Below, one piece after another: positions 56,201 through 64,000 of a stretch of DNA of 64,000 nt. Numbering within the stretch: the stretch's first letter is position 1; each line of letters begins with the position of its first letter. The position numbers were made by a program, and so were the translations under genes. The notes below the pieces were generated by a model. It was given only the letters and a program-made list of their open reading frames with translations. It was not told the origin of the DNA and made no database searches. Origin of the DNA: a virus (Duplodnaviria > Heunggongvirae > Uroviricota > Caudoviricetes); IMG/VR virus record IMGVR_UViG_3300031993_000024, positions 1 through 64,000 of that record; one strand, given 5' to 3'.

Positions 56201-56560
56201 ATGGATGTAAAAGGATTGACAAAGGAACGTGTCGAGGCATTCCTGGAAGAAAGGAGTAAGCTGAATGCGAAATTTTGCACCAGAGGCCTCGAAATAATTA
56301 AGAAAACAAAATCTGCAGGAATTGATATAAGAGTCTCCAGTTGTGACGAAATCAAGCTCTATGAGCATATATTCTCGATAATTTCTGGAAGAATAGAAAG
56401 TATTGGTTTTCCGATTGGTGCCTTATATTCCGATGAGATACTCGATAAGTTCATAGAATTTATGAAAGAAAAGAAACAACACTCAGAAAGGATTCAGCAG
56501 CTGAAAGGATTTCTGAAAGAAGTTAAGAAAGGTAAAACAGATAAAAAAGATAGACAATGA
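56201..56560 (+). CDS. hypothetical protein, third member of the EGIDI/FPIxALYSDE family
   Basis: 119-aa ORF with GIDIRVSS...FPIGALYSDEILD. Confidence 0.55.
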   Translation: MDVKGLTKERVEAFLEERSKLNAKFCTRGLEIIKKTKSAGIDIRVSSCDEIKLYEHIFSIISGRIESIGFPIGALYSDEILDKFIEFMKEKKQHSERIQQLKGFLKEVKKGKTDKKDRQ

Positions 56561-56739
56561 AAACAGGATTATTGATTATGGTATTAGGACTTGCATTATT
56601 TTTAGGAGGGATGCTTGTAAAGTTTGTAGCTCCGGTGTCGCTATTGCTTTATATGGCAGGACTTATAGCAAGCGGCTGGCTTATTGCGAAATTATATGGT
56701 AAGCTTGTAGACATTATTGACAAAGATTCGAATAATTAG
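56557..56739 (+). CDS. small membrane protein with two transmembrane helices (holin-like topology)
   Basis: 60-aa ORF with two hydrophobic helices and a charged C-terminus. Confidence 0.45.
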   Translation: MKTGLLIMVLGLALFLGGMLVKFVAPVSLLLYMAGLIASGWLIAKLYGKLVDIIDKDSNN

Positions 56740-57187
56740 AAAATTTAAGGACATGAAGAATTTACTACAGAATTTACAGCCGAATGATTATGTAAGCAGC
56801 GGCAAGAGCTGCGGAAACATACCTATACAGGTGAAGGGTGTAAGCGATGACAAAATAGAGTTCAGACACAGTGTAGCCTATAACCGCGATGAAAAGAAAT
56901 GGGAAAGAGTGAAGAGGGATTCCGCGGTGCACCTCAATGATTCAGATGATGATGACATCGAGTACTTTCCTATAACGGAAAAGTTCGTAAGAGACAACTG
57001 TCAGATAGACAGGTTTATGCTTTTCTGCGACGTGATAGTTAACGGGAAGGTACTTGGAACCTTGTCTGACGGCAAGCTGACGACATCGATAGGCTGCGCC
57101 GACATTACAATAAATTATGTTCACGAATTCCAGCATATTCTTCGAGACGTTGGATTTATCCAAGAAGCTGACAATATAAAAATATAA
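56717..57187 (+). CDS. hypothetical protein
   Basis: 156-aa ORF. Confidence 0.55.
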   Translation: MTKIRIIRKFKDMKNLLQNLQPNDYVSSGKSCGNIPIQVKGVSDDKIEFRHSVAYNRDEKKWERVKRDSAVHLNDSDDDDIEYFPITEKFVRDNCQIDRFMLFCDVIVNGKVLGTLSDGKLTTSIGCADITINYVHEFQHILRDVGFIQEADNIKI

Positions 57188-57190
57188 GTT

Positions 57191-57550
57191 ATGAGCCCGA
57201 AATTATTGATGATAGGAGACTGGGTTCAGATGAAAAACTCTGGACGACCTCATCAGATTACGATGTATCAAGAACTTGATGGAGTTCTGACAATGGATTT
57301 TTTATTTTTGCCGCTGACTGGAAACATTCTTGAAATTAACGGATTCCAGAATATGGGCAGATACTTACTATTGCCTACGGAACATTTCGTATTGCAATGG
57401 TCGCCGTATAGCCATTATCTTGAAGTAAGCATTATTGGGGACACACTCAAAACCAAGTACGCGTGGTTCAAATGCGAATATGTCCACGAGCTTCAACATC
57501 TTTTGAAATTGTTTAAAGTTGAATTGATTATTAAAATTTTAAATAGCTGA
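57191..57550 (+). CDS. hypothetical protein
   Basis: 119-aa ORF. Confidence 0.55.
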   Translation: MSPKLLMIGDWVQMKNSGRPHQITMYQELDGVLTMDFLFLPLTGNILEINGFQNMGRYLLLPTEHFVLQWSPYSHYLEVSIIGDTLKTKYAWFKCEYVHELQHLLKLFKVELIIKILNS

Positions 57551-57593
57551 TAATCAATACAATTCAAAAAATAATCAAAAATATTTAACATTT

Positions 57594-57627
57594 TTTGTTA
57601 AAAATGTAAATTCCTGTATTATATTTG
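57594..57627 (+). promoter_or_regulatory. Bacteroidota sigma-A-type promoter (TTTG-N22-TATATTTG) with the TTTAACA/TGTTAAAAA inverted repeat
   Basis: TTTG at 57594-57597 and TATATTTG at 57620-57627. Confidence 0.45.
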
Positions 57628-57667
57628 TTGAGTCAAAACAATTCAAAACTTAAACTTAAGTAAAATT

Positions 57668-57895
57668 ATGGGAACATCGAAACTTGTGACACTGAATAAA
57701 ATTCTTACAAAGGAACAACAAGAAACAGTGATGCTTTTTATTGAAGATAAAGCATGGAAAAGAAGACACTTCGAAAGTGAAGACTTGCTTGAATATATTT
57801 ATAAAACAGGCTTAAACCTTGACAGAGCTTATTATCTAATAGGAGCTTGTCTCGGTTTTGAATACATTGAAAGTCTTCTAAATACAGGAAAATAA
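57668..57895 (+). CDS. hypothetical small protein
   Basis: 75-aa ORF downstream of a host-type promoter. Confidence 0.5.
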   Translation: MGTSKLVTLNKILTKEQQETVMLFIEDKAWKRRHFESEDLLEYIYKTGLNLDRAYYLIGACLGFEYIESLLNTGK

Positions 57896-57919
57896 TTACT
57901 TATTATCTTAAATTTATTA

Positions 57920-59230
57920 GTGATGATAGAACTTAAAGGAAAATATGCTACTGCGAAAATCTTCGCTGAAACCGTAGAAGAAGGAGTATACCAGCAGGTT
58001 TATGATATTATCAACTGTAGAGCGTTTGCTGGGCAGAAAGTTGCCTGTATGCCTGACGTACATGTCGGCGCATCTGGTCCTTGTGGGCTTGTGGCGACTA
58101 TCGGAGACTATGTATGCCCAGAACATATAGGCGTCGACATAGGTTGCAGCATTTCTATGCTTGTGCTTGACAAGTGTCTGCCTGATGACAAGTATGCTGA
58201 TTTCGAACATAAGGTTAAGACCCAGATACCGTTCGGTATGAATATCCACAACAAGACAATCTTCGATGAGAAAGATTTCTACAAATATCTTACAAAGGCT
58301 TTTTGCGTTTATAAGAACCGCTGGCCTGAAATGCTTTCTGGATTACCTGAGGTCGTCAGCGAGAAATGGGTTATCGAACAACTTAAACGCCTTAATATGG
58401 ACCCAGCTGTTTTCTATCATTCGATAGGGACTGTCGGAGGTGGAAACCACTTTATCGAATATGGCGAGACGGAGGATAAGAAACATTCCGGGGTGACGCT
58501 TCATTTCGGTTCAAGGAATTTCGGCGTAAAGGTATGCAAATACTGGATGTCGAAAACGATTACGCCGTATCCTAAGCAGAAAATGAAGGAGCTTGTGAAT
58601 AAATTCAAAGATGAATACAAGTCAAGCCATAAAGATATGTCTGAATTTAAGAACGTCCTTTCGGAATATCAGGAATCCATTATGAAGAATCACATAACAG
58701 GATACCTTACTGGAGAGAATCTTAAAGGCTATCTTATGGATATGTGTTTCGCACAGATGTACGCTGCATACAACCATAAGATTACGGGAGACATAATTGC
58801 CGGCATATTGAACAAATATGGAATCAAGGTGACTGAAGTTGTCAAGACAACCCATAATTATATAGACCTTAATGACCATGTCCTCAGGAAGTCTGCAATA
58901 TCTGCTTATAAAGGCATAAAGATTCTTGTACCCTTTAATATGAGGGACGGTGTTGCGGTATGTGTCGGAAAGGAAAACGGCGAATGGCTGAATTCCTGCT
59001 CGCACGGAGCAGGACGTAGGATGTCGAGGTCGCAAGCGAAAAGAGAGGTTTCTATGTCTGATTTCAAGGAATCTATGAAGGGAGTCTATTCGACGACAGT
59101 ATGCGAAGGAACTCTTGACGAGTCGCCTCAGGCTTATAAGGATACTCAGGAGATAAAGGACCTCATCACTGAAACATGTGACATCTTATATGTCGTGAAA
59201 TCAAAGATAAACATAAAGGCTGTGGAATAA
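57920..59230 (+). CDS. rtcB: RtcB-family RNA ligase
   Basis: ACMPDVHVGASGPCG...VGVDIGCS matches RtcB VMPDVHLGKGS...GVDIGCG. GGGNHFIE and NSCSHGAGRRMSR match CSCSHGAGRVMSR. 436 aa. Confidence 0.95.
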   Translation: MMIELKGKYATAKIFAETVEEGVYQQVYDIINCRAFAGQKVACMPDVHVGASGPCGLVATIGDYVCPEHIGVDIGCSISMLVLDKCLPDDKYADFEHKVKTQIPFGMNIHNKTIFDEKDFYKYLTKAFCVYKNRWPEMLSGLPEVVSEKWVIEQLKRLNMDPAVFYHSIGTVGGGNHFIEYGETEDKKHSGVTLHFGSRNFGVKVCKYWMSKTITPYPKQKMKELVNKFKDEYKSSHKDMSEFKNVLSEYQESIMKNHITGYLTGENLKGYLMDMCFAQMYAAYNHKITGDIIAGILNKYGIKVTEVVKTTHNYIDLNDHVLRKSAISAYKGIKILVPFNMRDGVAVCVGKENGEWLNSCSHGAGRRMSRSQAKREVSMSDFKESMKGVYSTTVCEGTLDESPQAYKDTQEIKDLITETCDILYVVKSKINIKAVE

Positions 59231-59232
59231 AC

Positions 59233-59247
59233 GTTGTTTTTTATATA
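59233..59247 (+). promoter_or_regulatory. GTTGTTTTTTATATA motif (copy 7)
   Basis: Exact motif. It is followed by the AAAATGGAAACAAGT start module, also seen at 27661. Confidence 0.35.
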
Positions 59248-59287
59248 AAAATAAGATTGTGTTAAACTATTAAAATAAAATGTTAAA

Positions 59288-59554
59288 ATGGAAACAAGTC
59301 ATAATTGGTACATCTGAGGCAAGAAGAAATGCGGAGAGTTAATTAAAGAAGAACTCGTAAAAAGAGGTGCAGATATTGTTCCTTCAAAATATAACTACGA
59401 AAATCCGCATAATATATTTTACGTTGTTTGCGGTGTCGTTCACCAAACTTTTCATCTTGACCTTATGGGTTATCGTATCGCACTACATTGGGAAGAAGTT
59501 AAAATTGAAGATACGAATATAAAAGCTCATGTTCAAGAAGAGAAAGAACATTGA
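59288..59554 (+). pseudogene. ORF interrupted by one in-frame TGA after codon 9 (METSHNWYI*GKKKCGELIKEELVKRGADIV...EKEH)
   Basis: Single frame 59288-59554. It carries the conserved promoter/start module but an internal TGA at 59315-59317. Confidence 0.35.
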
Positions 59555-59601
59555 TTAAAGATAGTTGTATCGTAATAAGTAATTCAGAAAAACATAAGAC
59601 T

Positions 59602-60204
59602 ATGTTAGGAACATTAACAACAAGCGAGGAGCTTATGAAGAGCCTCCTTGATACGGAAGAAAAAATCAGGAAAGATTCCGGTTTCCCAGATTATGATGTG
59701 AGGAAACTCGATATGCCTTGGGTGTTGGAGCAGAGCGAATTCAACGAGTTCCATCCATGTGAAGGCGTGTACATTGGATATGACGGGAATTTTCCAAGTT
59801 ATGCGTTTGACCAGACAAGGGACCTTGAACAAGGTTTCTGGTGGAGCTTTAAAGAAATGGAATATTTCGAAAGGCCTACGAAAGACAATCCTCATGCCGG
59901 CATGAAAAAGAATGAGGAATACCTTGGTACAGCTTACGGCCTTTGTGACAACGTCGAGCAGGCGAAGAAATACCTGAAGAAATTTATTAACCACAAGTCC
60001 AAGGTATTCGTCATCTGGATGTATCCGATTTTCCATCATCCGGAGAATGCTGGACAGTGGGGAGGATTCAGGCCTCATAAGAATGGCGAGTATATCGGTA
60101 AGTATAAGAAAATCATAGAAGGCTGTGAATACTTCGACGACTGTGTGTTTCCTAAAGACTTTCAAGGGTATATCTTCGGATTCCACGCTGTAAGGATACA
60201 ATAA
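59602..60204 (+). CDS. hypothetical protein
   Basis: The track ORF begins at TTG 59551. The first ATG is 59602 (MLGTLTTSEEL...); the start is uncertain. Confidence 0.5.
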   Translation: MLGTLTTSEELMKSLLDTEEKIRKDSGFPDYDVRKLDMPWVLEQSEFNEFHPCEGVYIGYDGNFPSYAFDQTRDLEQGFWWSFKEMEYFERPTKDNPHAGMKKNEEYLGTAYGLCDNVEQAKKYLKKFINHKSKVFVIWMYPIFHHPENAGQWGGFRPHKNGEYIGKYKKIIEGCEYFDDCVFPKDFQGYIFGFHAVRIQ

Positions 60205-60220
60205 CTAAAATAATAAGCTT

Positions 60221-60454
60221 ATGGAAAAGAAATTTGAAGAAATGACGGTGGAAGAACGCCGTAAAGTCTATGACGAGACTCTTGAAGATATTTACGGATG
60301 CTGTGACCCTTGGAAAGATTCTTTCGGAGAAATGGACGGAATTTGTCCGGAATGCGGCCGTGCAACATCTGGTGGCAGCTGCGTCTGCGGATGTAACTAT
60401 TCACCTGTTGCATGTGATGAGTGCGGTGCAAGACCTTGTGACCTAAGTTGTTAA
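60221..60454 (+). CDS. small Cys-rich (12 Cys in 77 aa) protein, locally GC-rich
   Basis: CCDPW...CPECGRATSGGSCVCGCNYSPVACDECGARPCDLSC. Confidence 0.5.
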   Translation: MEKKFEEMTVEERRKVYDETLEDIYGCCDPWKDSFGEMDGICPECGRATSGGSCVCGCNYSPVACDECGARPCDLSC

Positions 60455-60471
60455 CATAAATTACAAAAGAT

Positions 60472-60822
60472 ATGTTCTGTGAAGATGACGAACTTATGAA
60501 TCTGAAAGATGAAATTCTGTTGACACTTTCAAGAAATGGCAAGCTTCCGACTGACATTGCCTATGCGGAGATATGGGAGACATATACTTCTGATGAAGAC
60601 GAAGAACGCTATATTTCCCTTATACCGAATTATAGCTATGCAGAATATGAGGAGTTCTTAAAAAACGTCAATTTCGAGTATGATAACGATTACGGGAAGC
60701 AATATGTACAAGGTTATATCGTTATGAATGACGGTACATGGTTTGAAAGAGATGACTATGACGGAAGAGAATGGTGGAAGTTCAAGAAGAAACCGGAATT
60801 CAAAGCAGGAAATAAAAGATAA
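60472..60822 (+). CDS. hypothetical protein
   Basis: 116-aa ORF. Confidence 0.5.
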   Translation: MFCEDDELMNLKDEILLTLSRNGKLPTDIAYAEIWETYTSDEDEERYISLIPNYSYAEYEEFLKNVNFEYDNDYGKQYVQGYIVMNDGTWFERDDYDGREWWKFKKKPEFKAGNKR

Positions 60823-60827
60823 GAATT

Positions 60828-61010
60828 ATGAAAAGAGATTTTGTTTTTGTAGTGTTAGTGACAACTTTCGGCAAATATCAACGGACATATTTCCCGGAAG
60901 TCCATGTAGAGGCGGCATTCATGTCAGAGATAGATGCTGTCAGATTTTGTGATGACTGGAATATTCATAATGAGTCAGAGGCGACATATCAAAGAGTAGA
61001 ACTTAACTGA
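60828..61010 (+). CDS. hypothetical small protein
   Basis: 60-aa ORF with an N-terminal hydrophobic segment. Confidence 0.35.
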   Translation: MKRDFVFVVLVTTFGKYQRTYFPEVHVEAAFMSEIDAVRFCDDWNIHNESEATYQRVELN

Positions 61011-61043
61011 TATTATGGCTTAATTCATAAAAATAATTTAGGC

Positions 61044-61736
61044 ATGAAAACAAAGAAGACAGAGAAAACGTTTAAGAAGCTTGTCAAGAATGACATCCTA
61101 TACCATTGGGTATTCGAAAGAGATACTTACGGATGGCAAATAAAGAAAAAGAGAGCAGTCATTATTGATAAAATTGATGCTGTAAGAGAAAAATACAATA
61201 TATGGTTACGTATTCAGGATACAGAAGGTTCTTGCTATCGTGTTGACAAAAAAGACATGAATGAGAGCTTTTGTGCTTGGACATCGATAAATGAATGCCT
61301 CTGTGCCTTTTCGACATATAATATCAAAGGTAGTGATGTTTTCCAAAAGGCACTGACAATTGTAACGACGTATAATAAAAGGGTTGAGGTCGACTACGGC
61401 ATACAAGATATAGAGTCAAGACTTGACGAAATAGACAGAGAAGCTGCTGACGCAAAATTAGAAGGATATGATGATTCCGAAGATTTAGAGGACATAAGTT
61501 CTGATGAAGTTTCTGGAAAACTGATACATCAACTTTCTGATTCACTACAGTGCGACAAGCAGCCTAATTCGACATCTCTGCTTATAAAGAAGGTTAAGGA
61601 AATTACGTCGTTGGCAAATCTTGATATTCCTGATGACTGCATAGGCGGTACGCCTGACGCAAGCAGGAATCTTAAGAAATATACTGAGATAAGAATCGCT
61701 CTTAATGATTTGATGGAAAAAATTGATGAGATATGA
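61044..61736 (+). CDS. hypothetical protein
   Basis: 230-aa ORF. Confidence 0.6.
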   Translation: MKTKKTEKTFKKLVKNDILYHWVFERDTYGWQIKKKRAVIIDKIDAVREKYNIWLRIQDTEGSCYRVDKKDMNESFCAWTSINECLCAFSTYNIKGSDVFQKALTIVTTYNKRVEVDYGIQDIESRLDEIDREAADAKLEGYDDSEDLEDISSDEVSGKLIHQLSDSLQCDKQPNSTSLLIKKVKEITSLANLDIPDDCIGGTPDASRNLKKYTEIRIALNDLMEKIDEI

Positions 61737-62287
61737 CAATGTCTATTAGAACAGCTGAAGAAAAGAACATCAAAAATACAGACAAAAATAAAATGTCTGA
61801 AATTTTTGAAAAAGATTATGTCGAGAATCAAGTTCTTGAAAGGTCGTTATTGCCTATGATGAACGAAAAGACATTGCAGGCGATATTAAGAGCGAATGCA
61901 GGTGAAGATAACACAAAGAGAGTCAGCTTCGAGCTTGCTCGCCTTCTGAAAATAAAGTTTTTCCACGAAAAAGAAAACGCTTATTACATACATTGGAACA
62001 ACAACTATAATGAATTAAAGGCAGAAGACATCGAATTATGCGACTGGAACGGCAATAATGAAAACTTTTATTCCGCACCCACTTATCTTGAAGTAGGTAT
62101 CTGGTTGTTTATAAAGCATAAAATCTTTGTTTTTATGAACACTGTCCATGAGAAGATGCGTGATGTCAACGCCTACCAACCGAATATTATAGTGAAAAGC
62201 GGAAAGCCATATAGCTTCGAATTCTATGAGGATAAATGTGATGCCTATGAGGTCGCTTTCAAGTATTGTTTAACTAAACTTTTATGA
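61733..62287 (+). CDS. hypothetical protein; C-terminus ...SAPTYLEVGIWL...AFKYCLTKLL is related to the 62904/63628 family
   Basis: 184-aa ORF with the same CLTKLL-stop ending as 62904. Confidence 0.55.
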   Translation: MTMSIRTAEEKNIKNTDKNKMSEIFEKDYVENQVLERSLLPMMNEKTLQAILRANAGEDNTKRVSFELARLLKIKFFHEKENAYYIHWNNNYNELKAEDIELCDWNGNNENFYSAPTYLEVGIWLFIKHKIFVFMNTVHEKMRDVNAYQPNIIVKSGKPYSFEFYEDKCDAYEVAFKYCLTKLL

Positions 62288-62790
62288 TTATGGAAAACAC
62301 AAAGAATTTACAAGAAACTATCGAGTTGAAAACCGATATTCCTGAAGGATACGAAATAGATAGAGAGAATAGCACGTTTGAATGTATTAAGCTCAAACGG
62401 ATTAGAAACAGGTGGAGAGATACCGTAAGTAAGTTAAATGGATTCACCATATGCGGCTTCGGAGGAATAGAGGCTACTGGCGCTGTCAGCACGAAGGGAT
62501 GTGGTGGACATGGTATATTCGCTACGGAGAAGATAGCAAAGTCAGCACTTGCAATGGCTCAAATCAGTCAGATAATGGCAAATGACAATAGGTTTGGAGG
62601 TGTTATTACTGATAAGGAGTGGGAAGACGATGATGTTGATAAATACGTGATTGTACGCTCAAATAATAAAATAGAAGTGTTTAAGTATTGGACTCGCTAT
62701 TATTTCCTTGCATTTCGTACGCTTGAACAATGTAATTTGTTCCTCGAAGAAAACGAAGATTTGGTTAAAGATTACTTTATGATTGATTAG
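62284..62790 (+). CDS. hypothetical protein
   Basis: 168-aa ORF. Confidence 0.55.
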   Translation: MIMENTKNLQETIELKTDIPEGYEIDRENSTFECIKLKRIRNRWRDTVSKLNGFTICGFGGIEATGAVSTKGCGGHGIFATEKIAKSALAMAQISQIMANDNRFGGVITDKEWEDDDVDKYVIVRSNNKIEVFKYWTRYYFLAFRTLEQCNLFLEENEDLVKDYFMID

Positions 62791-62903
62791 TTATTATGTG
62801 TTTAATAATATTGTTAATCGGATTTTTAGTCGGAGCGGCATACGACATATATTCCGACTGGGACGATGATAGAGGTGATTTATAACAAATAAAGATTGTA
62901 GTT

Positions 62904-63311
62904 ATGGTTGAAGAAGATTATGTATCATTTAAGGTCGCTAACCTGCTTAAAGAAAAAGGATTTGACGGAACTTGCTATGCTTGCTACGAATATTTCGAGT
63001 CAGGTGTGACTTTGTATCGAGGATGGCCTTTTGAATATAAAGGCACACCCGTCAAGAATTCGCAAGACAGAATAAAATGCCCGACGCTTCAAATGGCAAT
63101 GAAGTGGTTGAGGGAAGAAAAGCATATCTACATACAGATAATGCTTGATTCTTTTGCTTGTGGAGGACATTCAGGGTATTATGTCGTCTTACAAAAAACA
63201 GATTCTGACTATGAGAGCATGCTCTCTGATTTCGTAGAAGCTGTCTTTTATGAAACTTATAAGGAGGCTGCTATGGAAGCCATCAAAATTTGCTTAACCA
63301 AACTTTTATAA
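62904..63311 (+). CDS. paralog-family-A protein (N-terminus MVEEDYVSFKVANLLKEKGFD; ...CPTLQMAMKWL...ICLTKLL)
   Basis: 135-aa ORF. Confidence 0.6.
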   Translation: MVEEDYVSFKVANLLKEKGFDGTCYACYEYFESGVTLYRGWPFEYKGTPVKNSQDRIKCPTLQMAMKWLREEKHIYIQIMLDSFACGGHSGYYVVLQKTDSDYESMLSDFVEAVFYETYKEAAMEAIKICLTKLL

Positions 63312-63313
63312 TT

Positions 63314-63631
63314 ATGGGAGACGACAGAAAATATGTTGGATACGAGACGGCCGTGTGGCTGAAGGCGAATGGGTTCTGCGAGCCCGTGTCCGCATTATGG
63401 ATAGGTGACGCGGAAAGCCACTACCTCAACTGCGAGGAAATCAAGACGGACGACTACAACGGAGGCGGAACGGAGCTGTTCTCAGCGCCTGAGATTCAAG
63501 TTGCAATGAAGTGGTGCTTAGACAAGTTCGGAGAGTTCTATCATGTGCCGAAGGAGTTCATCGACTACTTCTGGGAAGAACATTATAAAGTGAATGCAAT
63601 TGAGAATAAAAAAATGAGGAATAAGATATGA
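63314..63631 (+). CDS. GC-rich paralog of family A (MGDDRKYVGYETAVWLKANGF...SAPEIQVAMKWC)
   Basis: ATG at 63314 just after the previous stop. About 55% GC locally, against ~35% in the sister copies. Confidence 0.5.
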   Translation: MGDDRKYVGYETAVWLKANGFCEPVSALWIGDAESHYLNCEEIKTDDYNGGGTELFSAPEIQVAMKWCLDKFGEFYHVPKEFIDYFWEEHYKVNAIENKKMRNKI

Positions 63632-64000
63632 AAGAAGATTACGTAAGCTTCGAAATTGCGAAGCTGCTAAAAGAAAATGGATTTGATTGGAAATGCTTAG
63701 ATTGGTATTCGACGAAAGGGAATTTATATTACTATGCTGATTCTTTTGAAAAAGACCTTGACGGTATAGATGAATTATGCTCAGCACCAACACTTCAAGT
63801 GTCAATGAAGTGGCTGAGAGAAGTTAAAAACATCATTATTACAATGGACTATGACGAGTATGAGTTATCGAATAATAAAAAAGCAGCTGGATATTCTTAT
63901 GCTATTCAAAAACAAAGTAATCCATCAGAATTTTTTAAAATCGGTCATGCTGTTTATGATACCTATGAAGCAGCTTGTGAAGCAGCAATTAAAGATTGTG
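63628..64000 (+). CDS. paralog-family-A protein, 3'-partial at the window end (MKEDYVSFEIAKLLKENGFD...SAPTLQVSMKWL...)
   Basis: Open to the end of the window. Its start overlaps the previous stop (ATGA). Confidence 0.6.
   Translation, partial: MKEDYVSFEIAKLLKENGFDWKCLDWYSTKGNLYYYADSFEKDLDGIDELCSAPTLQVSMKWLREVKNIIITMDYDEYELSNNKKAAGYSYAIQKQSNPSEFFKIGHAVYDTYEAACEAAIKDC

Overview
AT-rich (~35% GC) segment of a double-stranded DNA phage genome. It is a distant T4-like myovirus, probably infecting a Bacteroidota host. The host call rests on three TTTG-N22-TAnnTTTG promoters, the Bacteroides sigma-A consensus. Genes lie almost entirely on the + strand after a strand-switch region at 3.6-4.3 kb; four genes before it and one later gene are on the - strand.

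Recognisable T4-type morphogenesis genes: portal (gp20-like, 6388-8085), tail tube (gp19-like, 19264-19830), tail sheath (gp18-like, 20777-23341), gp25-like baseplate protein (23341-23721), prohead protease fused to a repeat-containing scaffold (gp21-like, 23775-25730), major capsid protein (gp23-like, 25839-27536), and a second tube-family paralog (31138-31743).

Other recognisable genes: a DnaA-domain-IV-like protein, a gp47/SbcD-like nuclease, a gp55-like late sigma fragment, a full sigma-70-family sigma factor, an RtcB RNA ligase, a UDP-glucuronate-4-epimerase-like short-chain dehydrogenase/reductase next to ATP-grasp and glycosyltransferase-like genes, an SPFH lipoprotein, and a Lar-like zinc ribbon.

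An IS200/IS605-family element (intact TnpB, truncated TnpA) sits at 42.1-43.8 kb, flanked by a 142-bp duplication of the gp25-3'end/promoter region.

The most striking feature is a set of at least nine otherwise unrelated genes that all begin with the same leader peptide, M-E-K-L-K-T-F/Y-K-Q-F-I/L-K-E|S. This resembles the T4 capsid-targeting sequence MKTYQEFIAE with an (I/L)-x-E prohead-protease cleavage site. Seven of these genes are clustered at 36.2-44.7 kb, and one of them is a full-length NAD-dependent DNA ligase. I propose this is an expanded arsenal of capsid-packaged, protease-processed, probably injected proteins.

Three promoter classes are visible: host-type TTTG/TAnnTTTG; T4-late-type TATAAATA before the tube, sheath, MCP and 8622 genes; and a conserved 15-18 nt GTTGTTTTTTATATAAAA motif that travels as a cassette with gene 5' ends. 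Several small paralog families show chimeric or frameshifted copies.

No tRNA, rRNA or CRISPR array was found by eye.
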